The notes: a model not told the origin generated them from the letters alone. Shown: positions 37,101 to 51,400, counted from the stretch's first letter. The stretch is DNA of 64,000 nucleotides from Pristiophorus japonicus (GCF_044704955.1 NC_091990.1:177320001-177384000); one strand, 5' to 3'. Made by a program: numbers and translations.

Positions 37101-37757
37101 ATCTCCTGGCCCTCAGCTCTGCGGTGAGTGTAGAATCTGTGCCTGGCCGTGATGATGCTCAATTTTGGTTTTAGTTGGTTGTGAATTACTTCAGTCAGCT
37201 CATCGTATGTCTTATCCTTGGCCTTCGAGGGTTCCAGCAAGTCCCTGACGAGGGGTAGACCTCGATCCCACAACTGGTCAGCAGTATAGCCTTGCGCTGC
37301 TCTGCCAATGTCTCTGTCTCCCCTGCCAGGTCGTTTGCTACAAAATATTGCTCGAGCCTTTCCGGGAAGGCATCGCAATCATCACTGTCTGCGAAGCCTT
37401 TTAGTGTGCCAAAGGTAGCCATAATTGTGTGAAAGTCCGTATTCTCGTCACCAGTTATTATGTCTACAATGTACTTATGAATGACTCCACGAGGCAATGT
37501 GTTTTACTCAAACTGTAGTGACCTTGGTCCTTTATTCCAAACTCCAGAGTGAGGCAGCCACATGGTGGCTCCCCTTTTATACAGCCCCTGCCACCAGGGC
37601 AGGAAACCCCAGTCTCCACCAGTTGCACCCTCTAGTGGTGCCAGCATTTATATACACAGTGTAAACCTTATTGAAAGTACATCAGATAAACAAGTCTCCA
37701 TCTTATGCAACTATACAGTAACTACACAGAGTATATCTATAGTCTGCATATATAACA
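34167..37757 (-). mobile_element. Non-autonomous Gypsy-type LTR element (gag and protease only)
   Basis: LTRs at 34167-34470 and 37456-37757, PBS TGGTGACGAG. Gag (MATFGTL..ERLEQYFVAND, CCHC knuckle) and protease (MEVDMGAS, LLGR). No RT, RNase H or integrase motifs. The empty site is in unit A at about 62475. Confidence 0.85.
34762..35060 (+). mobile_element. CR1 3' fragment inside the LTR element
   Basis: LRIRGKPFRTEMRRNFFTQRVVNLWNSLP plus 3'UTR and tail. Confidence 0.88.
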
Positions 37758-38584
37758 GGCTCTTACATTGTTCCAATGAAGCTCACGTAAGCTCGAGGAA
37801 CAGCACCTCATCTTTCAGTTAGGCATTTTGCAGCCTTCTGGACTCAACATCGAGTTCAACAATTTCAGATCATAACCTCTGCCCATATTTTTTTCCACAC
37901 ATTTTGTTCTTTCCCATGGCAGCTAGTGATGATTCTGCCATTCACACCCTATCTAGACTTATTTTTTGTTTCTTAACTTGTCCCATTACTATTTCCTTTT
38001 GCCTTGCACCATCATCCCCTTTGTCTCTTAATCTCTCTGCCTGCCACACTATCACACACCTTCCCTTGTGTTGTTTGCTCCCCTCCCCTTTTCCTACACT
38101 TCCTTAAAAAACTGTTACATCTCTAACTGTTTCCAATTCTGACGAAGGGTCACAGACCTGAAACATTAGCTGTTTTTCTCTCCACAGATGCTGCCTGACC
38201 TGCTGAGGTTGCCAGCATTTTCTGTTTTTAAATTGGAGGAGCTGGGGAACCAGGAGCCAATGTATGTCAGCAAGGACAGGGGAGATAGAACCGGGACCTG
38301 GTGCAGGAAAGTACATGAGCTGCAGTTTATGGAGCATGGAGGATGGCCAGGAGTTAAGTCTGGAGGTGACAAAGGCAAGGATGAGGGTTTTGCAGCAGAT
38401 TGTCTCAGTAGCACAATGTTCTGGAGATGGAAGTAGGTGGTGATGGAGAATCTAACAGCTCATTTATGTTGTGCTGAGGTTCCTTTCACTCCATCCTTAG
38501 AGTTAATCGTGCTCCCCATTTTTGTGTCGTCTGCAAATGTTGATAAGGTGCCACCTATACCCAAATCCAGATTATTTATAATTA

Positions 38585-38927
38585 CAGGTACAACGACTCA
38601 AATCCGGCTGACCGAAAATCGCAATTTTCCTAAAACCGGACATTTTTTTGAGAAAATCCCATTAAATATTCAGTAAAATTAAATCCGGAATTATTATCCA
38701 AAAACCGGCTTGCCGGACTAGTTATCGGCTTCGCCGCTATGTTTTAAATTATGTGCAATTCGTCCGAGCCTTACCGAATGACCCTCGACCCGACATGACC
38801 CATGCCACCATTAGTACTTTGTCTGTCTCGGTAGCATGCTCTTGATTTTCTTGTCCGAAATCCGGAAAAATCCGAAATTCGGCACGGTCTCGGTCCCAAG
38901 GTTGCCAGATTTGGAACGTTGTACCTG
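38585..38927. mobile_element. Tc1/mariner-type MITE
   Basis: About 24-bp TIR CAGGTACAACG..CAAATC.GGC at both ends, preceded by TA, non-coding. Confidence 0.75.
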
Positions 38928-39804
38928 TGTTCAGAGGAGCAATTGTCTCACACTCAAATCCCAGGGAACACTGCTGTTTTCATGCCTCGGGTTCAGAAAA
39001 TATCGGTTTGCCACTAGTCTCCATTTTTTGTTCTTTAACAAACTTGCTGTCAATTTTACCACATTTCCTTTAATGTCACGTGCTTTAATTTTATCAACAA
39101 GCCTCTTATGTGGCACCTCTGAAACAACTTTTAAAAATCTATATATACACAATATCCACGGCATTTCCTTTATCAATGCAATCAATTGTTTCTTCAAAGA
39201 AATTTGTCAGTCACAACTATCCTTTTACAAATCTATATTGGCTGTCCTCAATTAACTCATGCCTTTCCTCGGTGAGCTTTAATTTTAATACTGTATTATG
39301 GTTTCTGGAAGCTTACCCTATCTGAAGCTGATCGGTCGATGGTACTTGCTGTATCCGGGCCAGTTCCCTCTCTCCATGTTGAATTGTATTTTATTTTTGA
39401 GTGTTCTCATTGCTTTTCAGTTTTTATATTGAAGCTTATATTCTGGTCCCTGTTTCCGAGCTCTTCCCCGACTCTTACATTACCGATTTGCCCCAATTAC
39501 ATTCATAGAATGTGATCTGGCAAAGCCTCTGTCACTGTTGGTCTAAACTTGAACAGGTCCAGAGAGCAGTTCTGGATAAATTTGAAAAACCCCTCTTCCT
39601 AAATATAAAGTTCAGTTCCCAGGTGTACTTTAGCCTAAGCTAGGTTTCCGTTAATGCTATTATGTCATGCATCCCATAGAAATTTCTAGCTCACCAATTC
39701 TATTCACAATACTTGTGTATTAACATACATTTAAACTCTGTTTCGCAATTTTGCTCAGCTCTATCCTCTTTCTGATCTGTTTCTCTATCTTTCCGACACT
39801 CTTT

Positions 39805-42800
39805 GGGGTAGAAATTGCCCCCCACCCAAAACGGGCAGTACGCACCACATTTGAGCGTCCGGTCCCGCCGATATGGATGGGGTGGTATTAAGCCAGCGGT
39901 GTGGCTGCAGAGTGGAGTTTGAATTGCAAAATTCCCTATTTGATGCAAACCATCAAGCTAACAACGCAGCTGCCCCCTGGCCTTCTTAAAGGGCAGGTTT
40001 TGCAGCTGTGTCTGGAGTTCATTTGGACCTGCATCCGAGGAGATGGCTGCAAGGGGAGGTATGAGGAGAGCGAGGTGCTTCAGCGACTCAGAACTCGAGA
40101 CTCTCATCGAAGGTGTGAACGGAAGGAGGCGGCTACTCTTCCCTGAGAGTGGTGGAGAGACCAACTCGAGGTGTCTTCACCGAACCCTGGAGGGAGAAAG
40201 GGGAGGGAGTTTCGGGGACCTCCATTCACTAACGGACCCCGAACCATTGCAGGAAGAGGCTAACCAATCTTATTCAATTGATGAAGGTGAGTACATGATG
40301 TCCTAACTCCTTACATTACATCTGCCACACTCTCCTTCACCTTAACTTGTTTCTCACCAACACCACTTAGTAGCTGAAATGCCAATTGATTGCTAGACCT
40401 GTATTTTGTCTGTCTCCTTTAAAAAGGAGGCTGACAAAAAACAGGAAACTACCGACCAGTTAGCCTAACATCTGTCATTTTGAAAATGCTGGAGTCCATT
40501 ATTAAGGAATCAGTAGCAGAACATTTGGAAAAGCATAATTCAATCAAGCAGAGTAAGCATGGTTTTATGAAAGGCAAATCATGTTTGACAAATTTGCTGG
40601 AGTTCTTTGAGGATATAACGAGCAGGGTGAATAAGTGGGAACCAGTGGATGTGGTGTATTTGGATTTCCAGAAGGCATTCGATAAGGTGCCACATAAGAG
40701 GTTACTGCACAAGATAAAAGTTCATGGGGTTGGGGGCAATATATTAGCATGGATAGAGGATTGGTTAACTAACAGAAAACAGAGAGTTGGGATAAATGAT
40801 TCATTCTCGGGTTGGCAAACAGTGACTGCTGGAGTGCCACAGGGATCAGTGCTGGGTCCTCAACTATTTACAATCTATAGTTGAGTTTGCTGATGATACA
40901 AAGATGGGTGGGAAAGCAAATTATGAGGAGGACACAAAAAATCTGCAAAGGGATATAGACAGGCTAAGTGAGTGGGCAAAAATTTGGCAGCTAGAGTATA
41001 ATGTGGGAAAATGTGAGGTTATCCACTTTGGCAGAAATAATAGAAAAGCAAATTATAATTTAAATGGAGAAAAATCGCAAAGTACTGCAGTACAGAGAGA
41101 CCTGGCGATCCTTGTGCATGAAACACAAAAAGTTAGTTTGCAGGTACAACAAGTACTCAGGAAGGCAAATGGAATGTTGGCCTTTATTGCAAAGGGGATA
41201 GAGTACAAAAGCAGAGAAGTCCTGCTACAACTGTACAGGGTATTGGTGAGGCCACACCTGGAGTACTGCGTACAGTTTTGGTCTCCGTATTTAAGGAAGG
41301 ATATACTTGCATTGGAGGCTGTTCTCTGAAGGTTCACTTGGTTGATTCCGACGATGAGGGGGTTGACTGATGAGGGTAGGTGAATAGGTTGGGCCTATAC
41401 TCATTGGAGTTCAGAAGAATGAGAGGTGATCTTATCGAAACATATAAGATAATGAGGGGACTCAACAAAGTGGAGGCAGAGAGGATATTTCCACTCATGG
41501 GGGAAATTAAAACTAGGGGACATAGTCTTAGAATAAGGGGCCGCCCATTTAAAACTGAGATGAGGAGAAATTTCTTCTCTCAGAGGATTGTAAATCTATG
41601 GAATTCTCTGCACCAGAGAGCTGTAAGGCTAGGTCATTGAATATATTTAAAGCAGAGTTAGACAGATTTTTGGGTGATAAGGGAGTAAAGTGTTATGGGG
41701 AGCAGGCAGGGAAGTGGAATTGAGTCCACAATCAAATCATCCATGATCTTATTGAATGGCAGAGCAGGCTCAAGGGGCCAAATGGCTTACTCCTGCTTCT
41801 ATTTCTTATGTTCTTATGTATGCACACTCACAATGGAGGATGCCTAGCATCTGATATTCAGAGCTGCATTTAATGGATTCACACTTGCACTCATTGCCGA
41901 GGCCTCCTGAAACTGCCACTTAACAACCCTTCGTTGCTTTGGGCCAAGATGGCGCACAACCACACCAACCAACAAGCCACTGGTGGGGGAAAATCCCAAA
42001 ATGTGCCTCTCACAGATCTTGAGCAGAGGGTGCAGTGGCTAGTCGGCAGGAACGTCGGTCTCTCTAGCTGCTGGTTGCTCCGATGGTGCTGGGGGCAGCA
42101 TGAGTAAGTGAAAGCGTTTGTGCAATACCATGTCTCCCTCAGTTCATTGGCCTAATTTGCTATTGCTTATGCTTCTGTGCAAGCTGCTTGTTGCATGGTG
42201 CAGTGCGGCTCCTCACAGTACCCTTCTCCCTTTTATGCTTGCAGATGATACCCACAGTGTCATCATGAGCGACACAGACACCCATGATGTGACTGGCAGT
42301 CACAGTCAGGAGGAGACACTTGACACCCTCGATGATCTTGGTGGCATTTCAGATGAGAGAGATGGAGAGGGGGAGAGCTCTGCCAGAAACAGTGCGTCAC
42401 TGCTTCCTACAGTCCCATGCACCAGCTCAGATACTGGGCGTATGCGGTCGGGTAACTTAGATTTAGGAGAGGGGTCTGCACTGTGTGAAGCACTGGGGCC
42501 TAGTGGGCTGCAGCATGGTATAGAGCCAATGGAACCTTGGGTGCCATCTCTCCGGGGGGGCAAGTGAACAGCCGAATCCTGCTGAGGAGGACTCAGACGA
42601 GCCCATCTATGTTGGGGCTAATGAACAAAGGGTGGAGGCCTTGAATTCCGAAATGCAAGGGGTACGCGAGAGGCTGCCGCAAGTGCTGAGGAGCGTGGAG
42701 GAGTCTGCCTCCCGCATTCTGGACAGCTGCGATGACGCGTCTCTTGGCGGAGGTGACAGCTGCCATTAGAGCTTGGGAACGAGTGTCTGAGTGCTGATTT

Positions 42801-42828
42801 GGAGAGGGTGTCTGCTGCCTGGGTCAAC
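39805..42828 (+). mobile_element. Truncated Harbinger-type element (Myb/SANT-like gene side only)
   Basis: Starts GGGGTAGAAATTG. ORF RRARCFSDSELETLIEGV..RRLLFP (MADF/Myb-like) with GT-AG introns. Ends abruptly at the unit A boundary. Confidence 0.65.
40410..41819 (+). mobile_element. 5'-truncated CR1 LINE
   Basis: RT ORFs 40480-41640 (YLDFQKAFDKVPH, GVPQGSVLGP) and (ttcttatg)n tail. Confidence 0.92.
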
Positions 42829-43902
42829 ATTCCATTTGCCTTCCTGATTACTTGCTTACCTGCATACTAACTTTTTGTAATCAATCACAAGGACCCCCAG
42901 GTCCCTCTGTACTGCAGCGCTTGGTAATTTTTCTCCATTTAAATTTTTTTTTTTTTTTTTTATGCCAAAGTGGATAACCTCACAGTTTCCCACATTGTAT
43001 TCCATCTGCCAATTTTGTGCCCACTCACTTAGCCTGTCTATAAACCTTTCTGTGGAGCTAGGAGGAGCAAGAGTGACATTCAAACTCCAACCACACCCAG
43101 TGCTCAATGAACAACTCCTGTGTGGAGTCCAGACTTCAGACATTATAGCTGCTGGTTTGTCCTTGACTTTCCCGATTTCTACGTACTGTGTTAAAACAAG
43201 CTGTGGTCGGTAGATTATGCCTAAACTTGTCACGTACAAACTGGGAGCTGTGTTGAAGTATTACTAATTCTCTGAAGAGCTGGGTAAGGGAAACAGAAAG
43301 ATAGAGATTCAAATAAAGTTGGAAAATACATAGAACAGCAGAAAAAGGAAAGGGGAACCTTTTTGGACTTCAATAGCTGACAAGGCAAACAAACAGCAAA
43401 TTCTACAAGGTGGACAAGACAAAGTTGACACCCTGATTTCAGCCAACCCTGATTGCTTAAGTTCTCCTAAAAATTGTGTTAAAGTATCCTGAATAATGAA
43501 CACAGCTTATGAGCCTCATAAATTCTATGTTTAAAAGGGATTGTTAAAGAACATTTTATCTAGTAGCACTATTCTACAGTGCTGGGAAGACTTATTAAAG
43601 TTAAAACCTACTGACAAATATATTGGATGCCTGTCCCATTCGCACCGTTTGCTGGAGAAAAACATTGTGAACACAAGGAAGAAAGGCACAATATATTGTG
43701 AGGCAACTTTAACTAGTCTCAGATCAGTATTTTCACAGCCCCCACATGAACAGTGTGACTGGGGATCTGAAGAGCTAATAATGTCTGCTCCAAAAGAAAA
43801 TGGTTGGTAACTATGGATGTTATGTGTGAGGAATGACATGGGAGCTTCACTACTGGAAGGAAATAAATTATAAGCGAAACCTGATCTCGAACCAGATCTT
43901 AC

Positions 43903-44211
43903 CTTCATCCGGGGCAATTTCCAGTGTAAGATTGCCAGGGAATGTTTTATGCTGCACCATACATCTGTACTTAGTACGATCATCCAACATTGGTTCAATT
44001 CTTAATTTACTGGAAGCACTGAATGTCCCATCACTGTTTGTAACTAGATCCTCAGTGGATTGAGTTTTTGAAACATACTCCACTTTTCCATCTGATAACT
44101 TTAACCAACTGATATTGATCTGCTTAGGATAAAATTCCTGAGCATCACATGTCAAAAAGCTCTCTGCACCATTTGCAACTTTTTGTGTGGATGTGCTGAG
44201 TTTTGGTTGGG
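43903..44211 (-). CDS. IgC1 exon (copy A) of the B7-H6-like gene
   Basis: 309 nt, phase 1-1, cttccacag acceptor and GTAAGA donor. AQPKLS...LTCDAQEFYPKQINISW...NSDGTFSASS...KYRCMVQH carries the C1-set signature (FYP, W, DGTF, YxCxVxH). Confidence 0.9.
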
Positions 44212-45418
44212 CTGTGGAAGAGAGAACAGGATATATAAGCTGCTAGTACATCACCATATAACAAGCTAGATCTCACTGATTCTTGATCTGAGAAACTAGA
44301 AAAATACATCCTAGCTGTTTTATCAGAGGAGCTACTGCAATGCCTCTGTCCTTTACTTCCATCATGCCGTTTTCTTGTTTTTTAAAAACATTTTTCCCCG
44401 CCTGTGTTGAAGACAATGCGGTGGATGATTTTATGTCCAAATATTCTGTCTACATCTATTTTTGGGTGCAGATGGGGAGTAGAAGAAGGGAATCAGTTAA
44501 AAAGGAATTCCACTGAATGGCCACCTAATCTCTGTCCTCAAGCAACTTCAAGAACATCAACTTCATTGAGACGAGTGACACCTCAGTCCTTGGGGGCTCC
44601 ATTGGTAGTCTCAGCCACAAACCTCCCAACTCCATGGACTGGATTTTACACTTTTGTGCAGAACGCTTAAAAATGGGCGTTATTTCCGGCGTGGGCGGTA
44701 AAAATTAGTTTTCAGATCGCTGGCTTGTCGCCCATTTTCAAAATCCCTAGTCTCCATTTTTGAAATTGGCCGTTACTGCGAGCGATATGAAATGGGCATT
44801 AGCGTTAAATCTCCCTGACCTTCTGCCGTAAAGTGTCACTGTCCTTAGCAATGACATGGCAATGCTCGATTCCCATGATTCGGGAGGTCAAGGGTCATCA
44901 TGACATGCGCAAATGAGTAGACAGAGAGTGAGAAAGCTGAGAGGGAGTGAAGGCATGTGTGGGTGTGGTGTGGCTGCTTTGGGAGGAAGGAGGGAGAGTT
45001 TCGAGCTTTATAGCAAATTGGGAAAAAAAATTAGTTGTTTCCAGCCAGATAGTTGCTCGAATTTGGTGCATATAATGGAGGGAGAGGAGCAGGCGACACA
45101 GCACACTGTGGAGACTGATGCTGGCGAGAGCAGTGAGCTGGGAGAGGAGCACATTGGAGGGCGCAAAAGAGCCAGGAGGTTCTCAGACGAGGCAAATGCC
45201 TTCCTCCTGCAGGAGGTAGAGTTACGCTGGGGTGATTTGACACAGGGAGGGCGTGGGAAGCCCACTAGGGAAAGGCTTACAAAAAGATATTGTCCGAGAT
45301 AGCAGAGGTGGTCTCATCAGCGACCAACGAGGTGCATGAGGGCAACCAATGCCGCAAGCGATGGAACGACCTTGCTGGATCCGCAAGAAGAAATATTACA
45401 TTTATTTACATGTACTTA

Positions 45419-48400
45419 TAGAAACATAGAAACATAGAAATTAGGTGCAGGAGCAGGCCATTTGGTCTTTTGAGCCTGCACCGCCATTCAATAATATCAT
45501 GGCTGATCATTCAACCTCAGTATCCCTTGCTGCTTTCACTCCATACCCCTTGATCCCTTTGGCCGTAAGGGCCATATCTAACTCCCTTTTGAATATAGCT
45601 AACGAACTGGCGTCAACAACTTTCTGTGGTAGAGAATTCCACAGGTTAACCACTCGCTGAGTGAAGAAGTTTCTCCTCATCTCGGTCCTAAATGGCTGAC
45701 CCCTTATTCTTAGACTGTGACCTCTGGTTCTGGAACTCCCCAGCAACGGGAACATTCTTCCTGCCTCGAACCTGTCCAATCCCGTCAGAATTTTATATGT
45801 TTCTATGAGATCCCCTCTCATTCTTCTAAACTCCAGTGGATACAAGCCCAGTTGATCCAGTCTCTTCTCATATGTCAATCCTGCCATCCCGGGAATCAAT
45901 TTGGTGAACCTTTGCTGTACTCCCTCAATAGCAAGAACATCCTTCCTCAGATTAGGGGTCCAAAACTGAACACAATATTCCAGGTGAGGCTTCACTAAGG
46001 CTCTGTACAACTGCAGTAAGACCTCCCTGTTCCTATACTCAAATCCTCTAGCTATGAAGGCCAACATGCCATTCTTCTTCACTGCCTGCTGTACTTGCAT
46101 GCCAAACGTCAATGACTGATGAACCATAACACCCAGGTCTCGTTGCACCTCCCATTTTCCTAATCTGTCACCATTCAGATAATATTCTGCCTTCCTGTTT
46201 TTGCCACCAAAGTGGATAACCTCACATTTTATCCACATTTTACTGCAGCTGCCATGTATTTGCCCACTCAACTAACCTGTCCAAGTCACCCTGCAGTCTC
46301 TTAGCATCCTCCTCACAGCTCACACCGCCACCCAGCTTAATGTCATCTGCAAACTTGGAGATATTACATTCAATTCCTTCATCCAAATCATTGATGTATA
46401 TTGTAAATAGCTGGGTTCCCAGCACTGAACCCTGTGGCACTGCACTGGTCACTGCCCGCCATTCTGAAAAGGACCTGTTTATCCCAACTCTCTGCTTTGT
46501 CTGCCAACCAGTTCTCTATCCAAGTCAATACATTACCCCCAATACCATGTGCTTTAATTTTGCACACTAATCTCTTGTGTGGGACCTTGTCAAAAGCCTT
46601 TTGAAAGTCTAAATACACCACATCCACTGGTTCTCCCTTGTCCACTCTACTAGTTACATCCTCAAAAAATTCTAGATTTGTCAAGCATGATTTCCCTTTC
46701 ATAAATCCATGCTGACTAGGACCGATGCTGTCATGCTTTCCAAATGTGCTGCTGTTCATCTTTAATAATTGATTCCAAAATTTTCTCCACCACCGATGTC
46801 AGGCTAACCAGTCTATAATTCCCAGCTCTCTAGTTAGTTCCTCGACATATTGGTCTAGAAAGCCATCCCTAATATATTCCAGGAAATCCTCCTCCACCGC
46901 ATTGCTATTAACTTGGTTAACCCAATCTAGAAATAGATTAAAGTCGCCCATGATAACTGCTGTACCTTTATTGCATGTGTTGTATATGGAGAAAGAGTCA
47001 GACTGAACACTATGAGCTCAAAGTAAAGTGTGACTTTAGTCTTTTATTACAGGTCTCCAGAGTGCCTCTCCAACCTGTGAAGCCTCCTTAAATGCCTGTG
47101 CTCCAAAGGGATTATGGGATCCCTTGGGACTCCAGGGGATAAGCCCTTTGGTGGCTGTACAGAGTAAATAAAAATCCACCTATATAACAACACTCGCCCC
47201 AAAAGTCAATAGTGTAACTATTTACAATGTGAGTCGATCTGGTGCCCTTCTTGCTCTGGTTGATCATCTCGGTGTGAAAGCTGGCGTTGTTGAATCATTT
47301 GTTGGGACCTCGCTGGGCGGCTGTACAGCTGGCCTTGCTGGGTTACCTGGTGTGTTGGGCCCTGCAGGTCTGCTGTGGATGATGGGTTCTGCTTCATGGT
47401 CAACTGTGGTGCTGGTTGCCACTGGTGTGTATGTTGGGTTATCAAAAAAGGTAGGGTCCAAGGTGGGTTGCTCAGGATAGTCCGTGAACCTGAGTTTGAT
47501 TTGGTCCAAGTGTTTCCGGTGAATGAGTTCATTTGAAAGTTTGACCCGAAACACCCTGCTCCCCTCTTTTACCACGACAGTGCTGGGAAGCCACTTGGGA
47601 TCTTGACCATAATTTAATACAAATACAGGATCATTGACTTCAATCTCGCGTGACACATTTGCGCTACAATGGTATGCACTTTGTTGAAGCTGCCTGCTCT
47701 CTACCTGTTCATGTAAATCAGGGTGAAAAGAGTCTTAAATGCTCTTTTCATGAGCAGTTCAGCAGGTGGGATCCCAGTGAGTGAGTGGGGTCTCATGCAA
47801 TAGCTAAGCAGGACTCGGGATAGGCAAGTCTGCAGTGAGACTTCAGTTACCCTCTTCAAGCCTTGCTTGATGGTTTGCACTGCTCTCTCTGCTTGACCAT
47901 TGGATGCTGGTTTAAACAGAGCCGATGTGACATGTTTGATCCCGTTATGGGTCATGAATTCTTTGAACTCAGCACTAGTAAGTCGCTCACCAGGACATCG
48001 AGAAAGCCGTGTGTGGCAAATATGGCCCGCAGGCTTTCAGAAGTGGTAGCAGACGCGCTAGCCGACATTATCTCACATTCAATCCACTTGGAGCACGCGT
48101 CTGCAACCACAAGGAACATTTTACTCAAGAACAGGCCTGCATAGTCGACGTGTACCCTGGACCACGGTTTGGAGGGCCAAGGCTATAAACTTAGCGGCGC
48201 CTCCCTGGGTACATTGCTCAACTGCGAGCATGTATTACACCTGTGAAGGCAAGACTCTAAGTCCGCATCGATACAGGGCCACCACACGTGGGATCTGGCT
48301 ATCGCTTTCATCATTACAATGCCTGGGTGGGTACTGTGGAGATCATTGATGAAGGTGTCTCTGCCTTCTTGGGGACCACTACTCGATTGCCCCACAGAAG

Positions 48401-51400
48401 GCAGTCTGCCTGTATAGCGCACAGCTTTTGACTAGAGATAATAAAGAGTCATGGCTTGTCCAGGTTTTGATCTGCCAGGCAGTGACAGGTGATTGCTCAC
48501 TCTCAAATGCTTCCATAACCATGGCTAGATCTGCGGGCTGTGCCATTTCCACCCCTGTGGTGGGCAATGGCAGCCTACTGAGAGCATCAACGCAGTTTTC
48601 TGTGCCTGGCCTATGGCGGATGGCGTAGTTGTGTGCGGACAACGTGAGTGACATCTCTGGATGTGGGCCGATGTGTTGGTATTTATCCCTTTACTCTTGG
48701 AAAACAGGGATATAAGTGGCTTATGGTCAGTTTCCAATTCGAATTTGAGCCCAAACAGGTATTGATGCATTTTCTTTACCCCATAGACACACGCTAACGC
48801 TTCTTTTTCAATCATGCTGTAGGCTCTCTCAGCCTTCGACAAATTTCTGGTTGCATAAGCAACCGGTTGCAGTTTCCCGAAATCATTAGCTTGTTGCAAT
48901 ACACACCCGACGCCATATGACAACGCAGCACATGCTAGTATCAAGTGCTTACATGAATCATACAACACAAGCAATTTGTTTGAGCATAACAATTTTCTCG
49001 CTTTTACAAAGGCACTTTCTTGGCTTTTTCCCCAAACCCATTCGCCCCCTTTTCATAGTAAGAAATGTAATTGTTCTAGCAGTGTGCTGAGACCGGGCAA
49101 GAAGTTGCCAAAGTAGTTCAAGAGTCTCAGAAACGACCGCAGCTCCGTCACGTTCTGTGGCCTCGGTACGTTCTCGATGCCTCAGTCTTCCCGTTGGTGG
49201 GCCTGATGCCGTCCGCCGCAATCCTCCTTCCCAGGAACCCCACTTCAGGCACCAAAAAAATGCACTTCGAGCGTTTTAACCTGAACCCCACGCGGTTGAG
49301 TCGACTAAGAACCTCATCCAGGTTCTGCAGGTGCTCAACTGTGTTTCAACCTGTGACCAAGATGTTCTGGAAGACTACAGTGTGCGGGACCGACTTCAGT
49401 AAACTTTCCATGTTTCTCTGGAATATCGCCACCGCTGATCGGTTCCAAACAGGCATCTGTTATAAACAAAAAGGTCCTTGTGCATGTTGATGCAGGTGAG
49501 AGCCTTTGATGATTCCTCCAGTTCCTGCGTCATGTAGGCTGAAGTCAGATCCAGCTTCGTGAATGTCTTTCCTCCAACCAGCATTGCAAAGAGGTCGTCG
49601 GCCTTTGGTAGTGGATATTGGTCCTGCAGGGAGAAATGATTGATAGTTACTTTATAATCGCCACAGATTCTGACGGTGCCCTCTCCCTTGAGGACTGGGA
49701 CAATAGGCCCACTCATTGAACGTGATCGGTGAAATGATACCCTCTCGTTGCAGTGGGTCCAACTCGATCTCTACCCTTTCTTTCATCATGTATGGTACTG
49801 CTCTCTCCTTTTGATGGATGGGTCATGCCCCTGGAATTAGGTGCATCTGATGCCTGGTTCAAACAGCGAAAGAAATTTGTTTAAGACCTGGACACACGAA
49901 GTGTCGTCAGCGGGCGATAGCACTCGGACATCGTCCCAGTTCCAGCGTATCTTTTCCAGCCAGCTCCTGCCAAGCAGCATGGGACCATCACCTGGTACCA
50001 CCCAGAGTGGAAGCTTGTGCACCGCTCCATTGTAGGAGACCTTTACGGTAGCACTGCCGATTACAAGAATCAGTTATTTTGTGTGTTGTTAGTTTTGTGC
50101 GAACTGGAGCCAAGTCTGACCTTGAGGCCTTGTTGCACCACACCCTTTCGAAAGTCTTTTTGTCCATGATGGACTGGCTCGCGCCCGTGTCCAGCTCCAT
50201 TGACTCCGGGATTCCATTCAGTTCAACATTCAGCATTATCGCGGGATAATTTGTGGTGAATGTGTGCACTCCATGTACCTCTGCCTCCTCTATCTGAGGC
50301 TCTGGTTTGTCGTGGTACTCCGTGGATCTGTCCTCCTCTGCAACATGGTGGTTTGCAGGTTTAACAGGCTTAGCAGCTCACCTGCACACTCGTTGGAGGT
50401 GTCCCATTGTTCCACAGCCCTTGCAAACATATTCTTTGAAGCGGCATGAATGGAATCGGTGATCACCCCCGCAGCGCCAACAAGGTATTAATGGCCTTGC
50501 ATTCATTACCCTTGATGGTGGACTCAGTTATCTGTGGATGTGTAGCTGCGGACATGTATGTGTGACCTGCCCTATACGTTGCGATTCAAAAACAACATCA
50601 CTTTGTTCACAGTACTTGTAGCAGCACTTGTATGCTGAGAGATTTGCTTAGTATTGTCACTGGTGGCAATGAACGCCTGGGCTATCGCTATGGTCTTACT
50701 CAAGATTGGGGTCTCTACAGTGAAAAGTTCGGGAAGTATGGTTTCGTGGCCAATGCCAAGTACAAAAAAGTCTCTGAGCATGTGCTCCAAATGTCCTTCA
50801 AATTCGCAATGTCCTGCAAGGCATCTTAGCTCGGCGACATAACTTGCCACTTCCTGGCCTTCAGACCTTTTGTAGGTGTAGAACCGGTACCCCGCCATCA
50901 GAACGCTTTCCTTTGGGTTCAAATGCTCTTGGATCAGTGTGCACAAATCGTCGTACGATTTCTCCGTGGGTTTTGCTGGAGTGAGCAGATTCTTCATGAA
51001 GCCATATGTTGGTGCCCCACAGAGGGTGAGGAAGATAGCCCTTCGTTTGGCAGCGCTCTCTTCCCCATCTAGCTCGTTGGTCACGAAGTATTGGTCAAGT
51101 CACTCCACAAAAGTTTCCCAATCATCTCCCTCCGAAAATTTCTCCAGGATGCCCACTGTTCTCTGCATCTTTGGGCTCACTATCTGTATCTCGTCACCAG
51201 TTGTTGTGTATGGAGAAAGAGTCAGACTGAACACGGTGAGCTCAAAGTAAAGTGTGACCTTAGTCTTTTATTGCAGGTCTCCAGAGTGCCTCTCCAACCT
51301 GTGAAGCCTCTTTAAATACCTGTGCTCCCAAGGGATTATGGGATCCCTTGGAACTCCAGGGGATGAGCCCTCTGGTGGCTGTACAGAGTAAATGCAAGTC

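Larger units (their letters stand above)
34065..38230 (+). mobile_element. Penelope 3' fragment split by a Gypsy insertion (intact paralog at about 62370-62950)
   Basis: Similar to 360-1040. The two halves (34065-34166 and 37758-38230) are contiguous in unit A. Hammerhead-like motif at 38139-38168. Confidence 0.75.
9457..39290. repeat. Segmental duplication unit B (V-C1 module)
   Basis: Unique intronic sequence matches unit A: 9457-11450 to 42829-44635/55319-55455, 22500-22915 to 55455-55860, and 31145-39290 to 57510-64000 after removing copy-specific insertions. Confidence 0.9.

Noticed and set aside
32454-39800. Leader exon or promoter for copy B
   Set aside because: No ATG-hydrophobic-GT exon was found by eye. 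A very short exon could have been missed.
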